From positions 265,756-329,755 of the IMG/VR virus record IMGVR_UViG_3300028888_000043: DNA of 64,000 nucleotides; one strand, written 5' to 3'. The DNA comes from a virus (taxonomy: Duplodnaviria > Heunggongvirae > Uroviricota > Caudoviricetes). Positions 47,048 through 56,516 of this stretch are shown piece after piece. The translations under genes were made by a program, and so were the position numbers. Position 1 is the stretch's first letter. Each line of letters starts with the position of its first letter. The notes under the pieces are model-generated. The model was not told where the DNA came from. It ran no database searches and saw only the letters and a list, made by a program, of their open reading frames with translations.

Positions 47048-50000
47048 ATGCAGTTATTCGGTGAAAATGGTCCAAGATATGTGAGACTTGATGATGATGT
47101 CTCATTCCAGATTTTAAGGACCAATCCAAAATTGACAACCAATACAAAGTTGATGTATGACGGGGAGAATCTTTATATGGATTCTTATTCCGCAGTCCCT
47201 CTTTTGTCCACAATGGAGTACAAGCATCACAGGGTATGGAAGACAGGTCTTTTCAACAGGGACATCAGGAATTTCCTTCTTGGTACCAACACTGCTGCCT
47301 ATGCGGTAGGTCAGTCTGTCAAGGATACAATCATTCTGGACAATTATGATGACCAGTTTGAGAATATGTACTGGTGCGGTGTGGAATCCATCAACTCCAA
47401 GGTTTATCCGCAGGAGATGGGTTGCATTGCCCCTCTTTATTTGAGAAAGAAGAGACCTAATTACTTTGTTATCTTTAAGATAGAGAATCCTGCAAATACA
47501 AACACCAATCCTGAAACAAATGATATGGATTTCAAGTTCAATACTGATATCCAGAACAAGATGCAGATTGTAAAGGCATTTGACCTTAGGGAAGGAACAC
47601 CTATCGGAAATTACATCAAGAAATATGTAGAGCAGAAGGATTTCAAGTATGACCAGTCCATCTATGTCAATTTCTCTTCGCACGAAATCTACTACTATGG
47701 TATTGACAAGAAATCAGGTGTACTGACACAGAAGGTGGAGAACTTTGAGGAACAGCTCCTGAAAAATGACAACACCATTATGAAGATGGATGACTGGATT
47801 ACATCCGGTTTTGAGAGAAACAACCTCATCTTCCCTTATATCATCAACCTGGAGTTCCTCTTTGATGACAAGGACATAGAGGAGTTCAAGTTTGCCAGGT
47901 ATTTCGGTATGTATTGTAATGACATTGACCTTTATGATGTCAATATCAACAGCAGCATCAATACAGATGCAGGTTACACCATCCTCACCTGTGATTGGAG
48001 GGAGGAAGACCATGTTGTGATGGACATCGGTAAGTACTATTATATAAAGGATAAGTATGGTAACATCTTCTCCGCCAAGGGAAGTGCTGTGCCAGGACAT
48101 TACAAGGTACCTGGAAATGTACATATCAGTCAGTTTACTGGATTTGAACCATCAAGTATTTCAACCTATGCGGAGAGACTTGATGGTGTTGGAAAGGCTG
48201 TGATGATTCTTGAAATCAACAAGGAACTGAATGGTGGTGACACTGTACTTGTCAACAAGATGGTGTATACGGAAGACAGATACAATGGTGAATTGAGGGG
48301 TATAACTGGGTCTTCACAGAGGGTTGCCACATTCACTGCAACCAGTCAACTTGGAAAGGGTGAGGCACTTGACACCAGTTTCTCTTGTAAGGGTACATTG
48401 AAGGATATGGCAACTGCCCTTGCCAATGCCATCAGGAACTGTGAAATAGAATCACTTCAATGGGTGACTGCATTCAGTATTGACAACAAGGTTGTCATCC
48501 GTGCAGTCTATCCAGGTATCAATATGAATGACATCTTTGACATATCATTCGACCAGGTGGTGACAGGAAGTAACAAGATTACCAAGCTCACTGATTCATT
48601 CAGGGGGGGTACCAATTACAATGGATGTATGTTCAAGGTCAATTCATCCGACAGGGATATGTTCTTTGATAATTCAGGTAATGACAGGGATTCTGCCAGG
48701 TATCTCAAATGCGGCTCCGGTGAAGAGAATGCGGAGATACTGACACTCATACCTTACATTGTGGATGACAAGAAGATTGATGATAATTATTCAGTCATCA
48801 TAACTGACAATAACGGAAGGTATGCCAATGTGTCAAAGACCAACCAGATTGAGATAATTGATAAGTTCTATGCCAAATTGGGAATGTTGAGTTTTTTCCC
48901 GGTCAGGGACTTTGACTTTGACACCATCAGTTCAAGATATGGAGAGTTCTCATTGATGAAAAGAGAATTGGATGATGTTTCGAAATATATCAATGCTGGT
49001 AATCCGGAACCGTTTACAATCCCTTATGGAAGATTTTTTTATGATAATAATGTGAATGCTGACAATGAGTATGACTATTATTTCGAGAACTTCCTTCCTG
49101 AACTGACAACCATAAGTAAGACTGTACCATTTATCAATAAATGGGGTTATGCAGATGAGGCAAAAGACAGTTGTGAGAATCCTTACAGACTCAATACAAG
49201 TAAGATATTTGATGCCTGTAACTTCTCCGCCAACACATATATGCAGAAGGGTGACCTTATGGAATACACCCATTCAATGCCATATTATATTGACAACAAT
49301 TATAATGGTAGTGATGATGCTTTGAGGAATGAGTATCAGTATGTTGACATTAAAGACATTATGTCACAGAACTCACTTGGAGATAGTCTTGAAGGGTGGA
49401 TAGAGTTCTTCTCAAAGAGGACAAGTGATGGAAAGGATCCATTTTCAAAACTGTTCGGAGATACATCCAGGACTATGTTCACCAATAAGAGGTTCAACAA
49501 GAAATATTCAAGATTCCTGACCGGTGATTCGGTGAACAGGGCATCCACCTTGTTCAGGGGTGTCAAGTTCGAGGTGGTTGAACTGGAAAGAGGTAAGGAG
49601 GTACACACTGGAAAGTACAATGATTACAGGTTTTCATTCATCTATGTTCCTGTAAGTATGGACAAGAGTACTGACAAACACACGGTCAATTTCATCAAGA
49701 ATGACACATTCAAGTTTATTGTAGGTATTGTATTTTTTAACATAGGAGACGATTTGAGTAAAAAAGAATTTAACAAGGCATATGTGTATGCCAACAGTAT
49801 GGGATTCATGGACATTGAAAAGCAGGATGGTTATTATCAGAATGAAGCCGGTACTGCCGGAGATAGTGCATCCTGGACATATGTTGATGCATCTTCTGGT
49901 AACACCTCTGGTGGTGGTAGTGGTAATGGCAGTGGTAGTAGTAGTGGAAGTGGAAGTAGTAGTGGAAGTGGCAGCAGTACTGTTTCAACTATCACATTCA

Positions 50001-53000
50001 ATTCCAACAGGGGTAAGCATTTAACTCTTGAGTTCCAGATTATATCCACACATCCTATGGATGAGGGTACAGTAGTTTATAAAACCAGTAAACCTATATC
50101 TATTACAAAGAAGAATGAAGATGTTGTTGTTTTCAGAGACAATGACAAGATATTGCATCTTCAGCAAAAGGTAGTATATACAGCTACTCTTTATGATGCA
50201 GACAATACTACTGTCCTTGAAACAAAATCCGGTGAAATTGGGATAAGTAAAACAAACAAAACCATGATAAAAGAGACATTTGATGCAGTTCCATCCGATG
50301 TATATTATATGAGGGTGAATGGATTGGAAGATAAGTCTCCTACATTGTATGTAAAGCATGAAGGTGGTCATTTTGACTTGAATATTGAGACCAACATTGA
50401 GGGTTATAAGATTGAGGTCTACTCATCTGAAAAGAAATATGACTATTTCACAGTTAATGGCATACAGTATGAAAATGGTTCTCTTGGTACAAAGTCATTG
50501 GGTAATAATTTTTCAGGAAACCAGACAGTTGAATTTGAGTTTGATGAATTGAACTATGTTCCTTCATCTGTATCTGATTTCGGTCCAAGGAATAAGGATG
50601 TATATTCTATGACAGGATATACATATACCACCAAAGTACCTGATGAGACTTTGCACAATTACAATAGAGGGATTGAGGTTACAATTTATGTCCCGGACAA
50701 ATATAATGATGATGTAGATACCAAGATATGTGATATATTCCAGTGCTCTATCTATGCCGAAGAAGAGAACCAGGTTGTTGAAATGCAGATGAGTGATGAG
50801 ATGAGGACTGCCTGGTTGAATGGTACTGGTGGTTCATTGACATTCCAAATCAAACCTCATACCTTCTGGTATATAAGAAGTGAAATTGAAGAAGGATTTG
50901 GTACTCCTAATGCTTTCACATTCTCACCTGCTGAGGGTGGTCCAAGTAATGATTGGATTGACATCAATGTATCCTGGGATTCATCAAAGGCAATTGATAC
51001 CAATTACAGGGCGATATTGGTGCAGATTTGTAATATAATGGGTGACAAGGTTATCTGTGAGAAGAAATATGATGGTGCCGGTTATTATACACATAAATGG
51101 AGAATCCTCGCAAAGGGCTTGAATACAGACCCGTCCAGAGAAATTTCAAATGGTGGAGTATCACCACAGGGTGCTAATGCAAGAGAAGATAGTCTTGGCG
51201 GAGGTATGACTGTACTTTCATCATTTGTGGGTTATGATGTGGATATTTATGGAAATACATTCCCTGTCAACAAACTTAAAATTTACAAGGAAGAAAGGAT
51301 AGTATATATTTACTTGAGAACAAATATTGATTATAAACTGGAAACAGGAAAACTTCCTACTTATATAAAGAACAATATTACTTATCATTATAGTCCTTTG
51401 GGAACAGAAGGTCATAAAGGACAGCATATCTATAAACTCATTGTCCCTGAAAACACAGGTGAAGACAGAGTGATGGATATTGAATTCTCATCTATGGATT
51501 TAAGGTATAGAGGAAGTACCATATCACATATAACTCAATATGGTTCATACAAGGATGACAAGGATCCTACACATAATGAGTATTCATTGATAAAAGAGGC
51601 ATCTGTGTGGCCATTCAGTAATCAATATGATTCATTGACATTACATACAATTGCCAGGAAACCATATGTGTTGTCTGACATCAATCACTATGTGCCATCT
51701 ATGTATTTCTTCTCACAGTACACTTTTGACAATCCATGTCCGGCATCTGAAGGAAATGAATTCACAGAGATTCCATTGATAAATGTTGAAAAAATAGGTA
51801 CACTCAAGGTAAATAACACATTGTATTATTCAAAGGAATTGCGCATATTAATGAATAAGTCTACAAGTACTGTCCGTGAAATTTTGGGAAGTAGTACTAT
51901 AATGTATCCATTAGGAGAACCAATGAATCTTCATTCTATTTTAGGATATCCTACTTTAAATCCAAGTCCAAGTAGTGGAAGTGGTTCTGGTTCAAGTAGT
52001 GGAAGTGGTAGCAGTTCAGGAAGTGGTGTTTACAAAACATATTCCTGGGGAAGCATCACTACAGTTCCAGCATCTGCTGCCGATGCTGGTAGGGCAATTC
52101 TCGTCGGACCTGTCGGAGCTACCGTGACAATGAACGTCAATGTCAACCCAGAATACAGTAGCTACCTTGTAAAGTGGGGCAGTGTAAACCAGGGTGCTGG
52201 TATTGGTCATAGTAACCCAAAATTAGGAAGCACTTCGGCTACTCTGGTCGCCCGTAGGGAATCTGGTAGCCACTTCAAGCTCTCGTTAGTTCCAGCAAAT
52301 GACCCAGTGGAGTCAAGTGCTATTTGGGCTGAAACCATTATGCTTCTTTATGATGAAAGCATTGGTAGTGGAAGTGGTAGCAGTTCAGGAAGTGGTTCAA
52401 GTTCAAGTTCTGGATCTGGTAGTGGAAGTGGTAGCAGTTCAGGAAGTGGTTCAAGTTCAAGTTCCGGATCTGGTAGTGGAAGTGGTTCAAGTTCTGGATC
52501 TGGTAGCAGTTCTGGGTCAAGCAGTGGTTCCAGTTCAAGTAGCAGTGGATACACACCAAAGTCAAGTAAGGGTTTGTATTTCGGTTGTCACAGGATAGAT
52601 ACCTTCTTTGGAACAGAATTAAGAGTATCTATACCATTCTATTTGAAGTATCCTAATGGAAGACCAGATAGTGATACATCTATAAACAATAAGGTTACTA
52701 CTTCATCAGATAATGGAAATGTGGCAAACATTTCTGCAAATGCATATACAAGTGATTTAAGACTGTATAGGGATTGTGATAACACCTCTCTTCCAGGAGA
52801 ATTTCATATTAATGAAGGTAAGATGTTAAGTGCTGGTAAAGTTAATGTAACTGTCACATCAAAAAGTAACAGTTCATTAACTGATTCCTGTGAAGTGAAT
52901 TTACTCAACAGCAATAATGAAGGTATCTCATTCAATAATGATTCAACTAATATAAAAAACAAGTTGGTTGTATATCCTTTCAATATCTACATTGATAGGA

Positions 53001-53281
53001 ATTGTCATTTTGACATTTGGACACATTATAAATTAACAATGAGAGGTGACAGTGCAACTCTTTTGTATACAGTTGATGATGAAGATGCAATTACACTGGT
53101 TAAGAGAGATCATTTATCCAATTCTCATCCAGGAGATAATGAGGGATTTGATACAGGAAGTATTTTGTTTAAGACTGGAAACAAGACAGGTACATACCAT
53201 ATTACATTCAGTATTGATCCTAATTCAGATGATTATAGCAAATATTCAGGAACATCAACAGTGACAGTTCATATCATATAA
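47048..53281 (+). CDS. Giant virion structural protein (baseplate/tail-associated) with Ser/Gly-linked C-terminal domains
   Basis: 2077 aa; late promoter; three SGSGSSSG linker tracts. Confidence 0.6.
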   Translation: MQLFGENGPRYVRLDDDVSFQILRTNPKLTTNTKLMYDGENLYMDSYSAVPLLSTMEYKHHRVWKTGLFNRDIRNFLLGTNTAAYAVGQSVKDTIILDNYDDQFENMYWCGVESINSKVYPQEMGCIAPLYLRKKRPNYFVIFKIENPANTNTNPETNDMDFKFNTDIQNKMQIVKAFDLREGTPIGNYIKKYVEQKDFKYDQSIYVNFSSHEIYYYGIDKKSGVLTQKVENFEEQLLKNDNTIMKMDDWITSGFERNNLIFPYIINLEFLFDDKDIEEFKFARYFGMYCNDIDLYDVNINSSINTDAGYTILTCDWREEDHVVMDIGKYYYIKDKYGNIFSAKGSAVPGHYKVPGNVHISQFTGFEPSSISTYAERLDGVGKAVMILEINKELNGGDTVLVNKMVYTEDRYNGELRGITGSSQRVATFTATSQLGKGEALDTSFSCKGTLKDMATALANAIRNCEIESLQWVTAFSIDNKVVIRAVYPGINMNDIFDISFDQVVTGSNKITKLTDSFRGGTNYNGCMFKVNSSDRDMFFDNSGNDRDSARYLKCGSGEENAEILTLIPYIVDDKKIDDNYSVIITDNNGRYANVSKTNQIEIIDKFYAKLGMLSFFPVRDFDFDTISSRYGEFSLMKRELDDVSKYINAGNPEPFTIPYGRFFYDNNVNADNEYDYYFENFLPELTTISKTVPFINKWGYADEAKDSCENPYRLNTSKIFDACNFSANTYMQKGDLMEYTHSMPYYIDNNYNGSDDALRNEYQYVDIKDIMSQNSLGDSLEGWIEFFSKRTSDGKDPFSKLFGDTSRTMFTNKRFNKKYSRFLTGDSVNRASTLFRGVKFEVVELERGKEVHTGKYNDYRFSFIYVPVSMDKSTDKHTVNFIKNDTFKFIVGIVFFNIGDDLSKKEFNKAYVYANSMGFMDIEKQDGYYQNEAGTAGDSASWTYVDASSGNTSGGGSGNGSGSSSGSGSSSGSGSSTVSTITFNSNRGKHLTLEFQIISTHPMDEGTVVYKTSKPISITKKNEDVVVFRDNDKILHLQQKVVYTATLYDADNTTVLETKSGEIGISKTNKTMIKETFDAVPSDVYYMRVNGLEDKSPTLYVKHEGGHFDLNIETNIEGYKIEVYSSEKKYDYFTVNGIQYENGSLGTKSLGNNFSGNQTVEFEFDELNYVPSSVSDFGPRNKDVYSMTGYTYTTKVPDETLHNYNRGIEVTIYVPDKYNDDVDTKICDIFQCSIYAEEENQVVEMQMSDEMRTAWLNGTGGSLTFQIKPHTFWYIRSEIEEGFGTPNAFTFSPAEGGPSNDWIDINVSWDSSKAIDTNYRAILVQICNIMGDKVICEKKYDGAGYYTHKWRILAKGLNTDPSREISNGGVSPQGANAREDSLGGGMTVLSSFVGYDVDIYGNTFPVNKLKIYKEERIVYIYLRTNIDYKLETGKLPTYIKNNITYHYSPLGTEGHKGQHIYKLIVPENTGEDRVMDIEFSSMDLRYRGSTISHITQYGSYKDDKDPTHNEYSLIKEASVWPFSNQYDSLTLHTIARKPYVLSDINHYVPSMYFFSQYTFDNPCPASEGNEFTEIPLINVEKIGTLKVNNTLYYSKELRILMNKSTSTVREILGSSTIMYPLGEPMNLHSILGYPTLNPSPSSGSGSGSSSGSGSSSGSGVYKTYSWGSITTVPASAADAGRAILVGPVGATVTMNVNVNPEYSSYLVKWGSVNQGAGIGHSNPKLGSTSATLVARRESGSHFKLSLVPANDPVESSAIWAETIMLLYDESIGSGSGSSSGSGSSSSSGSGSGSGSSSGSGSSSSSGSGSGSGSSSGSGSSSGSSSGSSSSSSGYTPKSSKGLYFGCHRIDTFFGTELRVSIPFYLKYPNGRPDSDTSINNKVTTSSDNGNVANISANAYTSDLRLYRDCDNTSLPGEFHINEGKMLSAGKVNVTVTSKSNSSLTDSCEVNLLNSNNEGISFNNDSTNIKNKLVVYPFNIYIDRNCHFDIWTHYKLTMRGDSATLLYTVDDEDAITLVKRDHLSNSHPGDNEGFDTGSILFKTGNKTGTYHITFSIDPNSDDYSKYSGTSTVTVHII
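52364..52548 (+). repeat. Ser/Gly linker with 54-bp tandem duplication
   Basis: 52364-52417 vs 52418-52471, one mismatch. Confidence 0.85.
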
Positions 53282-53300
53282 TTCTATAAATAACTTAATT

Positions 53301-56300
53301 ATGTTAGATAGAGAAGAAAGAATCATAAGAAGAGATGAGGAAGAAGTCATTGATTACATCAATGAAGGTTACATATCATTTTACATCCGTGTCGTGGACA
53401 ATTCCGGAAAGGGTGTAAAGGATGTTCATATTGAATGTGAGGACTGCATACCTGTCAATGATACTGAAACAGATTATTTTGGTGAAGTCACTATAAACAT
53501 TAACAAGGCAACCTTCCCAGATATTGAACAGAATGGTTTAAACTTTGCTGTTTATAAGAATGGTTATTATGAATTTGATGGACATGCTAATCTTGGAACA
53601 TCAAAAAGAAATCCTTGTATAGTCACTCTCAATCAGGTATCAAACAGGTACTACTATGTTGTTTATGTCAAGAACAACAGGAATGAGTATGTGTCTGGTG
53701 CAACTGTACAGGCATACACTTCTGACTTGATAGATGACCATACGGATTGTGTAAATGATTCAGAAATTCTGACTGATTTTTCAGGAAAATACACATTTAG
53801 TGAAGGTGATGGCAGGACTCTCTATTTCAGGGCATCAAAGAATGGATATGTCACAAGTGAACTGGTTGCAGTACATCCTCAATCATCAATCACTGATGCA
53901 GAAAAATTTGCTGTCACCATCACTATCAATGCCACATCAAGTGCTGATTATTACTATATTGTAAAGGTTGTGAATGAGAATGGAGCTGGAATACCAAATA
54001 TGGAAGTTGGTCTATATAAAGACATGTCAATGTCCAATTTCTATGAGATCAGTCAGTCCAACCTCATAAGAGGTAATGTGACTGTTATTTCCAATGGTAA
54101 TTTCAAACCTACTGCTTTGGAAATCTTCAACAATATTAGGGAAATCATTTCCAATATTACAGGTGAACCAGTAAACAACATCAGTATGGATTGTAAATAT
54201 GCAGAGGAACTGGCAATGACTCCATTGACTGTAACCAAGGTTATGTCTGCCATTGAACAGGCATATAGGATTGTGTTTGCCCCTGTAGGAGGATTCTCTG
54301 CATATGCTACCATAGATGAAAAGGCAGATTACTTCACAGGTCAATATCCATTTATCAATGATATAGTCTTATATGTTGATGCTAATGCTGACTTTACTAC
54401 AAGTAAGATCATTAAATACACTACTGATGATACCGGTTTCATTGTCATCAGTCTTGGAAACCTCTCTGGTACAACAAGACCTATCTATGCAAGAGGTCTG
54501 GTGGACAGTTACATATGGAATGTAAGACAAGGTACAGTACCTTCAACAACAGGTGAAGATGTACCAGGTATTGTTCTCTCTGTCGTGACTGGTTCAACAC
54601 CTGCCAACCAAGTAGGAACATATTATTATAATGTCCAGTTGTTTGATGTATATACCCAGAATCCAGTAAAGGATGCAACTGTGACCTATCTCAAAAATGG
54701 TGTCGAGGTGTCATCCCAGAAGAGTGGTGAAAGCGGTAAGGTAAACTATACCAATACATCTAATAAGCTCAGCATCAAAATTAGTAAGGATGGATACAAT
54801 GATGAGAATATATCTACTGTACCTGGTGCCCAGGAAAGCAACAAGTACACCAGATATGAACTTATGCAGCAGAATCCTATCCAGGTTGTTTATGGATATG
54901 GTGAGTATGAGGCACATCCTATCCCTGCACCGAACATTGTTGTCGGTATAGGTTATTATGACAGTAAGAACAATTATATTGACTGCGGCAAATACAAGTC
55001 TGCTGAATCAGGATATATTGATGGTGTGAGTTATGGATACTTTGCTTCTGGTGGTTATACCTATTATGCAGTCGTACAGAATTATGTACCTGCCGATGAG
55101 ACACTGAAATCATCCTTGAAGAAACGTCTTGTACTTGGAGGTTTAACTATTGTACTTCCTGAACCATACAGCAGTTCCGGAGGTGGAGGTGAAGAGGAAG
55201 TCCCGGATGAGGAATATGTACAGTTCTATGATATGTCCTCCAATGCCATCAGAAACAATGTCAACAAGGGAAACCTGGAACTGGCATCGAAGCAGACAAC
55301 AGACAAGGTTTCATATGCCGGCGGAAACAATTACAGGATAAATGTCCTGGACCCAGATTCCATCACTACATATGACATCTTCCAGAGTAAACCTGTTATG
55401 ATGGAAAACAACCACAGGAGTGTCATCGGTTCAATAGACATAGGTCTCAAGTATGATGTCAATAAGTTGAAGTTGAAGATTATCAACAGGTATTCCGGTT
55501 ACTACAATCCTATCTTCAAGGATGTACTTTTCTATAAGAACCTCTTCTTCAACAATGATGAACTCCCATTCTCCAATGTCGCCTTTGACTATGAATACAA
55601 GGACAAATATGGAAAGTTCGGTGTCATCAACAATATGTGGTTTCATAAAGTCAATGAGGACAAGGGTATAAATATCATTGATACTGCAACACCATATTAT
55701 CCACTCACTGGTCAATATGCCCTTGATTATAGGGATTACAACATATTTGAAAGTAACTGGGATATGGAACACTATACCAAACAACTGGATATAGAACACT
55801 CCAAACCCTGCCCTAATATCAGCAGTCAGAAGAATGGCATCTGTATGTTTGGATCCAAGTACCTCAATGTACCTAACAAGATTGAGATATATGGTTTCAC
55901 ACTCGGTGATGATGACAGCTGGGCAGGTGAGTGGAATGATGACTGGATTACCAATCCTGATGCATGTCCTGGTGAGGTGATGTACAAGGAGATAAATGAC
56001 AACAGTGTTGATTACTACTTCTTCTTAACCAAGAGAATACACAGGTTCTTCTATGACAAGTTGAAAGATGAGTTTGAGAAGTATATGAATGTGGACAGTG
56101 GGTCATATGGTAAACCTGGCGTTGAAGATGACATCAGGGAGTATGTGACAAAGAATGTATTGAAACTCTATAAACTGGACAAAGTAAGGGTGTTTGTCAA
56201 GAGAACAAAGAAAGGTCAGCACAACAGCAGGATTGAGAATGACTATACCAAATACCTGGAGTATGACAAGACCAGTGGAGATCCTGCAATCACTGAATAC

Positions 56301-56471
56301 TTTGAGAAGAAAGGATATGTTCAGTACTTCAAACAACATGGGTTCGTGGAGGTGAACAATGTCTCCCTGACCAAGATAAACAGGGATGACTTTGACAGGA
56401 AACTGGTATATAACCTACGGAATGGTGCGAAAGAAGAGTTTGGGTTCAGTTTCATACTGACAAAGATATAA
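53301..56471 (+). CDS. Large virion protein with repeated Ig/prealbumin-like domains
   Basis: Repeated Y...V....G..V..A.V...(S)KNGY units; late promoter TATAAATA at 53285-53292. Confidence 0.6.
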   Translation: MLDREERIIRRDEEEVIDYINEGYISFYIRVVDNSGKGVKDVHIECEDCIPVNDTETDYFGEVTININKATFPDIEQNGLNFAVYKNGYYEFDGHANLGTSKRNPCIVTLNQVSNRYYYVVYVKNNRNEYVSGATVQAYTSDLIDDHTDCVNDSEILTDFSGKYTFSEGDGRTLYFRASKNGYVTSELVAVHPQSSITDAEKFAVTITINATSSADYYYIVKVVNENGAGIPNMEVGLYKDMSMSNFYEISQSNLIRGNVTVISNGNFKPTALEIFNNIREIISNITGEPVNNISMDCKYAEELAMTPLTVTKVMSAIEQAYRIVFAPVGGFSAYATIDEKADYFTGQYPFINDIVLYVDANADFTTSKIIKYTTDDTGFIVISLGNLSGTTRPIYARGLVDSYIWNVRQGTVPSTTGEDVPGIVLSVVTGSTPANQVGTYYYNVQLFDVYTQNPVKDATVTYLKNGVEVSSQKSGESGKVNYTNTSNKLSIKISKDGYNDENISTVPGAQESNKYTRYELMQQNPIQVVYGYGEYEAHPIPAPNIVVGIGYYDSKNNYIDCGKYKSAESGYIDGVSYGYFASGGYTYYAVVQNYVPADETLKSSLKKRLVLGGLTIVLPEPYSSSGGGGEEEVPDEEYVQFYDMSSNAIRNNVNKGNLELASKQTTDKVSYAGGNNYRINVLDPDSITTYDIFQSKPVMMENNHRSVIGSIDIGLKYDVNKLKLKIINRYSGYYNPIFKDVLFYKNLFFNNDELPFSNVAFDYEYKDKYGKFGVINNMWFHKVNEDKGINIIDTATPYYPLTGQYALDYRDYNIFESNWDMEHYTKQLDIEHSKPCPNISSQKNGICMFGSKYLNVPNKIEIYGFTLGDDDSWAGEWNDDWITNPDACPGEVMYKEINDNSVDYYFFLTKRIHRFFYDKLKDEFEKYMNVDSGSYGKPGVEDDIREYVTKNVLKLYKLDKVRVFVKRTKKGQHNSRIENDYTKYLEYDKTSGDPAITEYFEKKGYVQYFKQHGFVEVNNVSLTKINRDDFDRKLVYNLRNGAKEEFGFSFILTKI

Positions 56472-56505
56472 AAAAAGAAGGGGTTGATGAACAACCCCTT
56501 CTTTT
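56471..56505. terminator. Bidirectional terminator
   Basis: AAAAGAAGGGGTTG-ATGAA-CAACCCCTTCTTTT between convergent genes. Confidence 0.85.
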
Positions 56506-56516
56506 ATATTGAAATA

